Below are positions 1-10,750 of a stretch of 64,000 nucleotides of DNA, piece by piece. Origin of the DNA: a virus (lineage: Duplodnaviria; Caudoviricetes); the IMG/VR virus record IMGVR_UViG_3300033979_000663, positions 13,749 to 77,748 of that record; one strand, given 5' to 3'. How positions within the stretch are numbered: the first letter of the stretch is position 1; each line of letters starts with the position of its first letter. The notes under the pieces are model-generated. The model ran no database searches, was not told the origin of the DNA, and saw nothing but the letters and a program-made list of their open reading frames with translations. The position numbers were made by a program, and so were the translations under genes.

Positions 1-49
1 TACAGGATTAGGTAAAGCATTCCAGGTTATTAACCAATTAGAGAAGCCC

Positions 50-3000
50 TTGGTTGGTGGGTTAGACAGAGTTTCTACTACAGCCGGGGGGTTGGGTGAC
101 GCATTAAGTAATTTGGGTGGAGTCGGGCAATTTGCGGCTCAAGGGTTATTTGCCGTTTCTAACGCTGCTGCATCGTTGGCTGGCATCACGGGGACTGTTG
201 ATACCATTGGTGACTTGTATCAAGTCATGGAGCAGATCCAGGAAGTTGCACCTGATGTAGCTAGTGGGATTGGTGAAATAGCTGGGGCTGGTGTGGGGAT
301 AGGTCAAGGTGTGCTGGGAGTGACTGACTTAAACACCGAATTATATCTTGCGGCTCAAGCTGGGAAGAAATTCGGCAATGAGATGACTAAATCATTGTCA
401 GGCGTTTTTGTTAAATTCGCTGATTTAAAATCTCAAGTCACCCAAACAATCACAGTCCTCTCTGCAATGGCTGGAACTTTTACTGACTTGGCTCTCCATT
501 TGAAAGATTTTGGCAAGGGTTTAGAAACCGTCAGAAACTTAGGTTTTGATACTCAAGCTATGGAAATAGCTAACTCCATTGGTTTGATTGGTGAAAATTT
601 AGTATTTAATACCGAAGCATCTAAAAACTTTGCTAATGCGGCTGTAGCTGCTTTTTCTAAGGTTGAAGATTCCCTGGCGTTTATTACCACCTTACCATCT
701 GGTCAAGCTGCTGGTATCCCCATGTTATCCAAGCAATTAGATGACTTGGTGAATGGTCCATTAAACAACATGATTTCTAAGGGTGAGGCAGCGTCGGCAA
801 TGTACCAATCGTTGTCCGCAGGTATTGGTGCTACCACAGGGAAGCTAAAAGAATCGCAACCATTCTTGGAAGCGGCATTAAAGCTGTCTACTGGTACAGA
901 TACAGCCGCTTCGACTACAGTGGAAACCTTAGCTAAATTGACTTATGCCTATAATTTAAACGTCAAGGATGCAACTACAACCGCCGCAAAGCTTAATGGT
1001 ATAGTTGAAGAAGGTATAATCACCTTCCCACAACTAGCCGGCGGCATTGGTCGGGTAGCAGGCGTGGCTGCACAAGCGAAAGTCCCAATGAATGAGTTAA
1101 TGGGTTCTATAGCGGCATTAACCAAAACCATGAGTGCGGACGATGCCATGACTGGATATATGTCCTTGCTCAATGCGATCGCTGGTGCAGGGGAGCAGTC
1201 AAAAAAAGCAGCTTCGGAATTAGGGGTGCAATTTGACTTACAGGCAGTGAAGGCGAAGGGGTTACTAAATGTTCTCAAGGATTTGTACGACAAATCTGGG
1301 GGTAACGTTGAGAGAATCAAAGAAATTATTCCTGACTCATTGGCGTTCGGTACATCGTTAACCTTGATGACTACCGCATTCAAAGAAGCCAAGGAAAAAA
1401 CAGATATCATAGCTGGCAAGGGTGCTGAGGATTTAGAAAAGTTATTTGGTGGTAGAAATCAGTCAATGGTTCGCCAAATGACATCCCTAGTAAATGGTTA
1501 TGAGGAAGTATTATCTGGGTTTGGTGAAAAGTTTGCTGACAACTTCAAGCCAGGGGTAGAGTTTCTGCGAATCATGCTAGAGAGATTTCAGCAGATGCCT
1601 GAACCAATTAAGGAAACGATTGGGGCGATCGTCTCTTTTAATATGGGACTAGAGAAAGCATCTGGTTTTATCTCTATCCTGGTGGGTGGCATCGCCAAGG
1701 TTGGGGTAGCTTTGGCAATTATGCGTATTTCCTCATTGGCGATGACGGGGCAATTGGGATTACTCCGGACAGCAGCAATGGGAGTATTCCAAGCATTTGT
1801 AGCAGGAACAGGCAGAACTGCGGCTTTGACAACGGCATTTAACACCCTGACGGGCGCACAACAAATTGCAGTGGCAACCACAGCAGGATTCACTAGGGCA
1901 ACTACCCTTTTATCTAAAGTCAACGAAATATTGACAACAGATATTACTCGATTAATTAGAAGGCACGTAATCCTTGCCCAATACACCGACCTCTCTACTT
2001 CGTCCGAGAAAGCAAGTGCGATCGCTAAAGGAATATTAGCTGCGGCAACGAAAGGTTTATCGGCTGCAATGACCTTTTTAGGGACAACAATCAAGGCGTT
2101 ATGGATTTCATTTGGACCACTAGCGATCGCTATTGGTGCGGCTGTAGTTATTTTTCAGACATTAAGTGAAGTAATTAGTTTTAATATTTTAGGTTTCAAG
2201 TCTGCGAGGGCTGAAGCGGAAGAATATGCAGCTAAATTAATAGATTTAGGTGAGGCTACTAAGAGCTATATAGATATTTTAGGTGAAGAAACCAAAGCTG
2301 TTGATAAGAGTGTTCAGGGCTACAAAGAAAGAATCAAACAATTGGATGAATTGCGGAAAAAGGAGAAAGATCCTGGCAGAAGACAGGCAATAGAAGATGA
2401 GATAAAAAACAACAAAACTCTTCTCAAAGCCCAACAGGAAAAGGAAGATAAAAAATACACTGGGTTTTTTAACACTGGGGTTTTGCCTTTTGCGGAAGGA
2501 GTAACAAAGGGTCTTTACAGCGTGGCATCTTTCATGAGTCCAGAAGAAGCAAAAGATAGGAATTACAAGAAAATAGAAGATAGTTTTCGTGGGTTTAAAG
2601 ATAAACACCAAGCCCGAATGGATGAGGAAAGTGGTGTTTATGCAGCAGAAGATCAAAATAGGCAACAAGTAACTGAATTATTTAGTCGGGCATATCGCCG
2701 CGCTCAGATATCAAAAGAAGGTGGTGCGGTTAGTGCTGAAGCCAGGGAAATATTAGAGTCTACAAAGTATCGCGCTTTGTCAGGTCCAGAGATGACAAAG
2801 GTGCTTGAAGCTGAAACCAAGGCTTACGAAAAGAACAAAGAAGCTATTGACGGCAAAGTAACGGCATTACAAGCTGCACTGGAAGCGACCCAAGACCCTG
2901 CAAGACAGGAACAGATAAAACAGGATATCAAACAATTAAATGATGCCACCGCAGCAGAGAAAAAATACAATGATGCTAAACTGCAATTCATTAGAGATAG

Positions 3001-5833
3001 AGAATCAATAAAAACAGCCCAAGAAGGCAACAAAGACCCCATTGAAAGGGTAAATGAACTGTTCCAAGAACAATATGAAAAAGCTGCTGAACTCAGGGAG
3101 AAGATGAAGTCAGCAACAACTCAAGATGAAAAAGACTTTTTAGACTTCCAGCAAAAATCAGCAGAAGCAACCTCTGAATTAACCGCTAAGTTTGGGCAAG
3201 GCATCCTACAGAATGGTGAACTAGGTAAAAAGCAAATAAACTCATTAACTGCTGCTTACAAAGAGTTTGCTGATAACCCATTAAAAACCGAGATAGGGAA
3301 TGCTGAAGACCTAAACAAAATGCGGTCTGATGCAGATAAATTCTTGGGAGAGATACAGAACAATATTCCCAATATTTCCACAGCTACAGCCGAGTCATTA
3401 GTCAAGGCTTTACTTGCTCAAAAGGTTAAGGTTCAAGGTAGTGATATTGTTCAAAGTATTTTATCCCCAGAACAAATTCAAGAAGCAGTAGATGTACTTC
3501 AGAAGATTTATGAAAAGTCAGCACAAGACCAAATTGATATCAATAACCGCAAGGTAGCTAAAATTAACAATCAAGAAGCGTTAGGTATTAAACGCCAAAC
3601 CTTAGCACAAAAAGAAATACTGGAAGTTGAGATTGAATCTAATGAGGAAAAACTGAAATCTAAACAAAAGTATCTAGATTTACTGGTCAGCATGAATTTG
3701 ATAGACAAAGAATCTGACCTGTACAAAAAACTCAATGATGAAATAGTTAACCTTCAGTATGATACAGAACAGAAGAAAACCAAGATTATTGAAGCAGCAA
3801 TTAATGATAGGGTAGCTTTAAATAAGCGTGGACTTGACAAAGAACAAGCGATCGCAGAACTTGGACGTGCCGCTAGATTGAATGAAGAACAGAAGACTCA
3901 GGATAAATTATTTGAATTACAGCAAAAGCAGAACTTAAATCAGAGAAAAGGGATTCGTGACAGGATTCAGGATTTAAAGGCAAGAGGTGGTGATTACAAT
4001 GAATTAGAAATTGAGTTATTAAAGTTGATGACTGAGTATGAAAACAACGTCAACGACAGAAATAAACAACTCGATGCCAGAGAAAAAGAAAGGCTTAACA
4101 ATCAAACCACTGAGCAGAACCAAATACTAGAAAAAGAGTTAAATTCACTTGAACTGCAATCTAAACAACTGGAAAGACAGAAAAATATAACTGAATCCAG
4201 GAATAATGCGGTTAAAACTGAGTCGGAAATCACCCAAAGCCGATTAGAATTGCAATTGCGGGTGACGGGTGATATTCAGAAGCAAGCAGATATTGAATAT
4301 GCGATCGCTAAGGAGAAGATTAAAAACCTACAATTATCCCAGAAGATTGAAAGGGAGAATTTAGTCACCCAACGTCAATTACAAACAATTGCCATTAACA
4401 GAGAGATTGTTGCCAACAAGATAGCCCAAGCTGAGAACCAGAGAGCGATCGCTGCTTTAAAAATTGATTTACTCCGTGCCAAGAATGAGAAGCGTTCCCT
4501 TGATGAAATTAAAGCAATGGAACTACAACTATTCTCAATGGAGGAACAGTCAAGGGTACTTGGTGAAACTGGCAAGGGGCTAGAGGCGAACAAGGAAACC
4601 CAGGAAAAGGTCGCCGAAAATACTGAACGTGAAGTGTTGGCACGGCAGAAGATTAGTATGGCTGGGGGGATATTAGATGAACACCAAGCTAAGATTAATC
4701 AGATACTTGCTAAATACGATAAACAGATAGAGCAAGCTAACCTTTACACCAAACAGATAGAGGTACAGAATATTCGTCTCACTGCCCAATCCGAGGCAAT
4801 GGGTAGGGTATATGACTTGCAGAATCAAATCATGGATTCTCAGAAGTCGGTATTGGAAAGTAGAACAAACCGATTGACTGGTGAGTTACAGATTGCCATG
4901 AATTTGACGACATCTGAAACCAAGAGACGTGATTTGGCTCAGACGATCGCTCAAATCAAACTCAGGACATTAGACAGACAACAGGAGATTGAACGCAGGG
5001 TTTTAGAGATTCAGTTATTACAAAACAAAGCTGCACTTGAAAGAGAAAAAATTCAACTCCGAACCCAGCAATCACAGAATAATGCCGATACATGGGGATC
5101 TTTTGCTAACCTACAAAAAGTATTGGCAAGTGATAAATCTACTGATGCAGAGAAGAAATCAGCACTCTATGACTTGCAAGCAAAACAGGAACAAGGTGCT
5201 TCATTAGCATACCAACAGCAAGCTCTTGGGGAGAAAGAAAGATTACAAGACTTCCTGGCAAATAACCAACGTAGCAATCTTAGAGACAGCCAATCATTAG
5301 CTAGAACACAAGCTGAGTATGAGGTAATTGGAACTTTATCACCTGGAGCGCAAAGAAGGGAGGGTCGAAAACTAAGAGACAGAATCCTTCGTGATAATTT
5401 AGGAATCACCCCCTATAGTGGTCCAATCAATGGGGGGATGATGGCGGAGGATCAGAATAAGCAGGATTGGAGAAATCTGCGAAATATGAACAGACGGGGT
5501 GGTATTGATGTGGGTATGCCTAATGCACCACAAATAACCCCTGATATTAGCTATGAAGAGTTCCGTAAAAACTACCTATCCAGGCAACAAGAGTTCTTAG
5601 TTCCACCCTCAATAAAAATGCCCTCCTTGGATACAAATATCCAGAAGGGCAAAGGAGAGAACACCAGGTCGGATGCTGGTACTACTATAGCTGAAATGAA
5701 GTTAATAGTAGAAGCTATCAACATTGATGTTACCAGTAATGCAAGCCCCAAAGATGCCGCTAAAGATGTGAAGCAAGCTATTTTAGATGAGTTGCATGAT
5801 CTGACGGCTAAGGTGAAAACTAAATTGAAGTAG
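50..5833 (+). CDS. Phage tail tape measure protein (true start probably upstream of the window)
   Basis: 1927 aa. The Ala/Gly-rich N-terminal part has a TP901-type TMP core (ETLAKLTYAYNL...GIITFPQLAGGIGRVAGVAAQAKVPMNELMGSIAALT), then hydrophobic segments and a long coiled coil. The frame is open back to the window start. Confidence 0.85.
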   Translation: MVGGLDRVSTTAGGLGDALSNLGGVGQFAAQGLFAVSNAAASLAGITGTVDTIGDLYQVMEQIQEVAPDVASGIGEIAGAGVGIGQGVLGVTDLNTELYLAAQAGKKFGNEMTKSLSGVFVKFADLKSQVTQTITVLSAMAGTFTDLALHLKDFGKGLETVRNLGFDTQAMEIANSIGLIGENLVFNTEASKNFANAAVAAFSKVEDSLAFITTLPSGQAAGIPMLSKQLDDLVNGPLNNMISKGEAASAMYQSLSAGIGATTGKLKESQPFLEAALKLSTGTDTAASTTVETLAKLTYAYNLNVKDATTTAAKLNGIVEEGIITFPQLAGGIGRVAGVAAQAKVPMNELMGSIAALTKTMSADDAMTGYMSLLNAIAGAGEQSKKAASELGVQFDLQAVKAKGLLNVLKDLYDKSGGNVERIKEIIPDSLAFGTSLTLMTTAFKEAKEKTDIIAGKGAEDLEKLFGGRNQSMVRQMTSLVNGYEEVLSGFGEKFADNFKPGVEFLRIMLERFQQMPEPIKETIGAIVSFNMGLEKASGFISILVGGIAKVGVALAIMRISSLAMTGQLGLLRTAAMGVFQAFVAGTGRTAALTTAFNTLTGAQQIAVATTAGFTRATTLLSKVNEILTTDITRLIRRHVILAQYTDLSTSSEKASAIAKGILAAATKGLSAAMTFLGTTIKALWISFGPLAIAIGAAVVIFQTLSEVISFNILGFKSARAEAEEYAAKLIDLGEATKSYIDILGEETKAVDKSVQGYKERIKQLDELRKKEKDPGRRQAIEDEIKNNKTLLKAQQEKEDKKYTGFFNTGVLPFAEGVTKGLYSVASFMSPEEAKDRNYKKIEDSFRGFKDKHQARMDEESGVYAAEDQNRQQVTELFSRAYRRAQISKEGGAVSAEAREILESTKYRALSGPEMTKVLEAETKAYEKNKEAIDGKVTALQAALEATQDPARQEQIKQDIKQLNDATAAEKKYNDAKLQFIRDRESIKTAQEGNKDPIERVNELFQEQYEKAAELREKMKSATTQDEKDFLDFQQKSAEATSELTAKFGQGILQNGELGKKQINSLTAAYKEFADNPLKTEIGNAEDLNKMRSDADKFLGEIQNNIPNISTATAESLVKALLAQKVKVQGSDIVQSILSPEQIQEAVDVLQKIYEKSAQDQIDINNRKVAKINNQEALGIKRQTLAQKEILEVEIESNEEKLKSKQKYLDLLVSMNLIDKESDLYKKLNDEIVNLQYDTEQKKTKIIEAAINDRVALNKRGLDKEQAIAELGRAARLNEEQKTQDKLFELQQKQNLNQRKGIRDRIQDLKARGGDYNELEIELLKLMTEYENNVNDRNKQLDAREKERLNNQTTEQNQILEKELNSLELQSKQLERQKNITESRNNAVKTESEITQSRLELQLRVTGDIQKQADIEYAIAKEKIKNLQLSQKIERENLVTQRQLQTIAINREIVANKIAQAENQRAIAALKIDLLRAKNEKRSLDEIKAMELQLFSMEEQSRVLGETGKGLEANKETQEKVAENTEREVLARQKISMAGGILDEHQAKINQILAKYDKQIEQANLYTKQIEVQNIRLTAQSEAMGRVYDLQNQIMDSQKSVLESRTNRLTGELQIAMNLTTSETKRRDLAQTIAQIKLRTLDRQQEIERRVLEIQLLQNKAALEREKIQLRTQQSQNNADTWGSFANLQKVLASDKSTDAEKKSALYDLQAKQEQGASLAYQQQALGEKERLQDFLANNQRSNLRDSQSLARTQAEYEVIGTLSPGAQRREGRKLRDRILRDNLGITPYSGPINGGMMAEDQNKQDWRNLRNMNRRGGIDVGMPNAPQITPDISYEEFRKNYLSRQQEFLVPPSIKMPSLDTNIQKGKGENTRSDAGTTIAEMKLIVEAINIDVTSNASPKDAAKDVKQAILDELHDLTAKVKTKLK

Positions 5834-5853
5834 GTAGGATGCCACAAAACAAA

Positions 5854-5884
5854 AAGCGATCGCATCCACCAAATGCGATCGCTT
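5854..5884. terminator. Hairpin between convergent genes, built from two HIP1 sites
   Basis: AAGCGATCGCAT-N7-ATGCGATCGCTT perfect 12-bp inverted repeat. Confidence 0.55.
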
Positions 5885-5907
5885 GTTCTAAATATTCGAC
5901 TCGAACA

Positions 5908-7197
5908 TTAAGCAGGTTGTCCAAACATGGCGATTTCTTCTGCTTCTAACATTTTCTTGCACTGACGTAGTTCAACGGTAGTCAGGAGTTGACGACTTTT
6001 CTTACTGAAGTTATTCATCAAGAAGCTTTTGGCATCTTGATCACTCCAGTTCAATGAATTAACTAATTTCCCGATATCTTCCATTAGAGAAGCCCGTTCT
6101 ACTGTTTCACTGTCAGAAAAAGCAGGAGCATTACTAACCACTGGTTTCACGGTGACTGGCGCAGGAGGTGAGTAGGGTGTCCCACCGTAGACGTAGTTAG
6201 CATCGTAGTCACCGTAATCTTCATCATCAGCATACACAGGTTGCTGTGTTTGCTGAATCTGCGGTGATTGCTGTTGGGTGACAACCTCACCCCAACCCTT
6301 GTAGGTTTCGTGATCAGCTAGTATCTGTTGCCCAAACTGGGTTTTCTTGCTAACAAACAAATCTTGCCAGTGGACATAGTGAAGCTTAATGAGGATATCT
6401 TTACTTTTACCCCTACCTATTACCTCAGTTTTACCTACTTTTGTGGTGTCAGTAGTTGGACACATTCTTTCAGCGATAAAGCAACTCATTGCCCCTTCTG
6501 CACCGTTATCAAGGTAGTTACCTTTTAATCCGACCCTTATTGCAAATACTGAAAGTGCGAGGATGTTTTCATTAAATCTGTCACCTTCTAGCTTGACACC
6601 TCTCTCCTTGGCAACTTCTACCATGCAACGATTTATTTCGTCCCGGAACAATCGCAACTCAATACCAAAACTGGTATCAAATGCAGTCTTAGTTGTCATC
6701 TGGATAGGTAATGGGTGTAATGGCTCATTGTTGTCATTGACAACATATAAAACTTGTCTGCTCGCTCTCCAATAAGCCTGATTGGTGCGATCGCTCGCGT
6801 TCTTTCCTGCTTCCGTTAATTCTGATTGCCCATTTACATTCCTGTAGCAGTAATCAACGGGTCTTTTCTTTCCTGGCATAAGCTCATGGTATGCCAATAT
6901 TGGTGTCCGTTTGGGGATTATAAACCTTGCCCAGTCCGCCACCGGGTTTCCATCTTCAGTTATTATTCGAGGGGAAATAGCGTCTTTGGGAACTCTTTTT
7001 TGGTCAATAGAAACCGTGTATTTAGCAAAACCCCAAGGTTCTTGTATTGAAAAGTCTGCTGCTGCTACTCTATCTGGCTCTAATACAAAGCCAAAATGCT
7101 GTTCAGGCACTTTTGCTGTCAACAGCATCAAAGTAGGCAAGGTTTTTCTCGCGGAAACGTCGCCAGAGTAATCCGAAGGATCAAATTCATTATTCAT
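5908..7197 (-). CDS. DUF5895-like cyanobacterial mobile-element protein with C-terminal helical domain
   Basis: LPTLMLL...FGFVL...LYVVNDNNEPLHPLPIQMT...SFG resembles DUF5895 from memory. The C-terminus W..QDAKSFL..NFSKKSRQLLT..EL is common in cyanobacterial phage DNA-metabolism proteins. Confidence 0.5.
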   Translation of the reverse strand: MNNEFDPSDYSGDVSARKTLPTLMLLTAKVPEQHFGFVLEPDRVAAADFSIQEPWGFAKYTVSIDQKRVPKDAISPRIITEDGNPVADWARFIIPKRTPILAYHELMPGKKRPVDYCYRNVNGQSELTEAGKNASDRTNQAYWRASRQVLYVVNDNNEPLHPLPIQMTTKTAFDTSFGIELRLFRDEINRCMVEVAKERGVKLEGDRFNENILALSVFAIRVGLKGNYLDNGAEGAMSCFIAERMCPTTDTTKVGKTEVIGRGKSKDILIKLHYVHWQDLFVSKKTQFGQQILADHETYKGWGEVVTQQQSPQIQQTQQPVYADDEDYGDYDANYVYGGTPYSPPAPVTVKPVVSNAPAFSDSETVERASLMEDIGKLVNSLNWSDQDAKSFLMNNFSKKSRQLLTTVELRQCKKMLEAEEIAMFGQPA

Positions 7198-7274
7198 GGT
7201 TGCCAGCCCGATTGAGGTTTTCTAGAAGTTTTCAAGTAACAATTTCATTGTACACTACTCGACTTGTTTTGTCA

Positions 7275-7874
7275 CTACCTTTTTAAAACATTTTCCTCAT
7301 CACCCTTAATCTCTTTTATCTCACGTAATATGGACTGGTAGGACTTAGATAGTTCAATAATGGACTTTAACTCTTCTGATTTCTGCGCCAGTAAAATATT
7401 TTCCAGTCCTTCTATCCGCTTGATAAGCTCGGAAATGCGAGAATGATAAGCTTGCGATGCTTTAATGTCAGACAGTTCTATATGGAAAGAACTTAGTTTC
7501 TCTGTTAGTCCGAATAACTGGGAAGTGGTGCTATTGTAATTTTGCATCAATAAAGAAGTATCTCGATGCACGCTGCTGATTTCTTCGTCTTGAGCTAAGT
7601 TTCTCCTCTCAAGCTCTTTTGATATGGATTCTATCTTTCTCTCAAGTTCTTGAATTGCAGCATCTTTTTTTTCAGCTTCCTTTTGTTTTGCAGATTGCTG
7701 TTGCTGAATAAAAGCATAAATTAAAGACACAACCCCAGATACCGCACTGGCTATGCCTAAATATTCAACTAATCTACTAATAGAAGGATGATAGGCATTG
7801 ATTACGATCACTAATATCCCACCAAGGAAGAAAAGTATAAGGAAAACAAGACTTTTATCTAGATTCATATTCAA
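7275..7874 (-). CDS. Membrane protein with two N-terminal TM helices and a coiled coil
   Basis: Two hydrophobic stretches followed by a heptad-rich region; overlaps the FHA gene end. Confidence 0.6.
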   Translation of the reverse strand: MNMNLDKSLVFLILFFLGGILVIVINAYHPSISRLVEYLGIASAVSGVVSLIYAFIQQQQSAKQKEAEKKDAAIQELERKIESISKELERRNLAQDEEISSVHRDTSLLMQNYNSTTSQLFGLTEKLSSFHIELSDIKASQAYHSRISELIKRIEGLENILLAQKSEELKSIIELSKSYQSILREIKEIKGDEENVLKR

Positions 7875-8244
7875 CCGTTACGTCAATCTCTTCTTGTCTT
7901 TCCTTAAATACAACACTTGGATATTCTGCGTTTTGATAGAATGTAATTACATCGTTATGAGCGAGAATATGTTCCTTTACCAAACATTGATTTACCCATG
8001 TTCCGTTAGTTGATGGTTTCCCTAAAAGCATTCCATCTCGCAACCTATAAAAGCTATGAGATCGAGTGTAATCATACATTAAAGTAATAGTACAATGGTA
8101 ACGAGAGACAAAATCACATTCAATTTGAATATCAGCAGTAGAACGAGGGTGTTTACGTCCAATCACGACTTGTCCCATATTTCTTAAATCTAAGATTGTT
8201 CCTGCCGCTAATATTGTTCCAGAATAAACCAATATTTTGACCAC
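7855..8244 (-). CDS. FHA domain protein
   Basis: Canonical FHA motifs IGR...DIQI...VSRYHC...STNGTWVN...L.HNDVI.F. Confidence 0.85.
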   Translation of the reverse strand: MVKILVYSGTILAAGTILDLRNMGQVVIGRKHPRSTADIQIECDFVSRYHCTITLMYDYTRSHSFYRLRDGMLLGKPSTNGTWVNQCLVKEHILAHNDVITFYQNAEYPSVVFKERQEEIDVTVEYESR

Positions 8245-8296
8245 CGAACACCTACTTTTTAAAAAATTACAATTTTAATTTACTTTTAGCAAAAAT

Positions 8297-8800
8297 ATGA
8301 CTTGCAATTCAGATTTTCAGTATCTATATATAGCTTGCGACGCATCATTGCAAGTGGCGTACAATGCCCCAGAAGAATGGTTTGTAACTGGATATTTAAG
8401 AATACCTATTCAACCGGATGAATATACCAAACTCAGGGATGGTGAAGCACCTAAATTAGCAAGAACATTTGGTACAACTACCTACCGAATTAAATTAAGA
8501 GAAATAGGGTTTTCCGTGCAATTAGCAGAAGATGATGCGAGGTTGCGATACATTTTAGAACATATAGAAAAAACAAGTATTACAAACAGTCATATTACCC
8601 CCGTCACGGTGCTTGACTATGTAAGTCCTGATCCAGAGGCTTTCATGGCAGCAGTAACAGTAAATAGCAACCCCTACACAATCAGAAGAGGAACGATTGA
8701 GGTTGAACCTGGGAGTGGAACGATGGGAGAAAAAACTAGCCGAAAGGGAACTGGTGGTTTAAAATTTGTTTTTCGTCAAACCCAATTAAGCAAAGCGTGA
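8297..8800 (+). CDS. Hypothetical phage protein (possibly tail-associated)
   Basis: 167-aa ORF with beta-rich composition, 7 bp before the next gene. Confidence 0.5.
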   Translation: MTCNSDFQYLYIACDASLQVAYNAPEEWFVTGYLRIPIQPDEYTKLRDGEAPKLARTFGTTTYRIKLREIGFSVQLAEDDARLRYILEHIEKTSITNSHITPVTVLDYVSPDPEAFMAAVTVNSNPYTIRRGTIEVEPGSGTMGEKTSRKGTGGLKFVFRQTQLSKA

Positions 8801-8807
8801 GGTTTCC

Positions 8808-9971
8808 ATGTACTACGGGCTACCTGTTAATCAAGATCATGGGTTAAGAGAAATAGAGTTTTTGTGGTCACGCAGGACAATTGACTCTTATGTTGATTTA
8901 AAAATAAACGATATTGAAAAAACACTATGGAGAAACACACGCACAGGAGTAGTGACCCAGTGGAACAAGTCTATGATTAGCGACATAACAAAATTAGGTG
9001 GCGAAGTTATAGATGGATATATCGAAATATCAAGATTACCAATCGCTGCACAACACAGATTAGCGATAGAACAAATAAATAAGTTACAAAACAACATTAT
9101 TGATTTAGCAAATAATTTAATTTCAGGAAAAACCAAAGGCAAAAAAGGATTAACTAAAATCCCTGAAATTGCAGCACAATTATCTAGTGAATTAAAATTT
9201 TATCCAGTATTACGAGTGGGTGAATTAATTAGTAATGCGATCGCCCAATTACTAGAAGCAGTTGAGGAATCCGAAATTACTTGTTTGCTAGATATCGTAG
9301 ATCAATCGAGGTTTGGACAACTGAATAGTATGGCCATATCTTCTCAATGGGAGGATAATTGTCTACTACTCACGGAAATAGCAGAGAAAAAGCTCTTTAG
9401 GTTTACCCACCCATCCTTTGAGGAATATTGCAAATCAGTTAAAATCAGTTCCGGTTCTCGACGGGTAAAGGTAGGTAAATTAATCAAGCGGTTTAAGGCT
9501 GCTGATTTACCCTTACCTAGCAACCGTGGCCAAGCCGAAATCGTTGCAGAAATACCAATTGAGAATCAGATTGTCGTTTGGACAGCCCTGCTATCTTTGG
9601 ATAAAAAGATTACATCCTCACTGATTCGTGATGTCCATAAGCAATTACTATACAAGCAAGTAAACCAACCGCAACTACAAGATTCATCGGTGTTGCAAAA
9701 CAAGATTCAATCCCTGGTCAATAAACATGGGCTAATCTTGGATAAAAACATCAAGGCTTTCCTTGATTCTGTAAAAGGAGATGCTAACCCCATAGAAATC
9801 AGAATGATTCGGGCTGCCCTGGATGGTCTAAGACAGCAAGTTGGCAAAGAACCTGATGTATTTGCATCACCAAAAACATCTGCGGCGTTGCTTCCTTTTT
9901 CGCCATTCCCTCTATTCCTTGCGAAAAGAACTGCTCAAGCAAATTCCGATCAGGAACTTGTAGCTTGCTAA
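8808..9971 (+). CDS. Hypothetical DNA-binding protein
   Basis: LFRFTHPSFEEYCK...LPSNRGQAE...Q..VW resembles a common cyanobacterial mobile-element HTH-like family. Confidence 0.5.
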   Translation: MYYGLPVNQDHGLREIEFLWSRRTIDSYVDLKINDIEKTLWRNTRTGVVTQWNKSMISDITKLGGEVIDGYIEISRLPIAAQHRLAIEQINKLQNNIIDLANNLISGKTKGKKGLTKIPEIAAQLSSELKFYPVLRVGELISNAIAQLLEAVEESEITCLLDIVDQSRFGQLNSMAISSQWEDNCLLLTEIAEKKLFRFTHPSFEEYCKSVKISSGSRRVKVGKLIKRFKAADLPLPSNRGQAEIVAEIPIENQIVVWTALLSLDKKITSSLIRDVHKQLLYKQVNQPQLQDSSVLQNKIQSLVNKHGLILDKNIKAFLDSVKGDANPIEIRMIRAALDGLRQQVGKEPDVFASPKTSAALLPFSPFPLFLAKRTAQANSDQELVAC

Positions 9972-10551
9972 GTAAAATGTCGGTGTTGAATGCGATCGCA
10001 CTCAGGTAATCCTTGGCAAAGGCATAGTCAAATTTGGACGACTCCGAACAGAGTAATGTTTCTGGTAATTCCTTGGTACACCCTCTACTCATAGCAGCAG
10101 CGTGTTTAATTTCCACAACACTACTTACAGGGATTGCTAACGCCTGAGCTATTTCTGCTTCACCCCAGTTAGGATTCTTTCTGGAGAGGGTATTTATCTT
10201 GGCATGGGTTTCGTGCCAACCTCTAGGGATTTTAGCGATCGCCGCATGATCTCTCAGGAAGTGCTGAATCTCTCCATCTATGTAGAGAACGGCGTAGGAA
10301 CTGAAAACATTTCTGGCTTTTGGGTCATAACGGTTTAATGCTTTAATTAGCCCAACACACCCTAACTGAAATAAATCATCAAATGGTTCAGCACACTTAG
10401 AGAGGAAAGTATGCGATCGCTTTCTAACTAAGTTTGAATATATCTTTACTAAGTTTTGTAATTTTTTCTTCTTTTTTTCTGGGTCTATTTCATCGGTATA
10501 TTGTTGATGGAGAACCCTCAATTGTTCTGGAGAATAAGGATTTTTACCCAT
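9799..10551 (-). CDS. Sigma-70 family sigma factor (SigF/SigB-like group 3)
   Basis: Region 2: EPFDDLFQLGCVGLIKALNRYDP...FSSYAVLYIDGEIQHFLRD...KIPR. Region 3: EAEIAQAL. Region 4 looks degenerate. The start could also be 10620. Confidence 0.85.
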   Translation of the reverse strand: MGKNPYSPEQLRVLHQQYTDEIDPEKKKKKLQNLVKIYSNLVRKRSHTFLSKCAEPFDDLFQLGCVGLIKALNRYDPKARNVFSSYAVLYIDGEIQHFLRDHAAIAKIPRGWHETHAKINTLSRKNPNWGEAEIAQALAIPVSSVVEIKHAAAMSRGCTKELPETLLCSESSKFDYAFAKDYLSAIAFNTDILLSKLQVPDRNLLEQFFSQGIEGMAKKEATPQMFLVMQIHQVLCQLAVLDHPGQPESF

Positions 10552-10750
10552 GAATACCTCGATTGGAATATTTCTAGCTATCAGCGTCTTTAACCGGGAT
10601 AGCGATCGCACCCAAGACATGATTAGTGCGATCGCTGCTTGTTACTCGGAACAAGATGCAGTAGATATTGTAAGACCAGCGCTAGAAATATTCACCCCTG
10701 CCGACAGGGAATGGTTTGATGAAGTGATGAAAAATGCTAGATGGCATTAA
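10550..10750 (+). CDS. Small hypothetical protein
   Basis: 66-aa helical-looking ORF divergent from the sigma gene. Confidence 0.4.
   Translation: MNTSIGIFLAISVFNRDSDRTQDMISAIAACYSEQDAVDIVRPALEIFTPADREWFDEVMKNARWH

Noticed and set aside
949-5865. Minus-strand ORFs inside the tape measure gene, and similar shadow ORFs elsewhere
   Set aside because: Antisense shadows of long real genes.
7250-7290. T TTA AAA before the stop of the 199-aa gene
   Set aside because: The -1 frame adds only about 8 residues with no motif.
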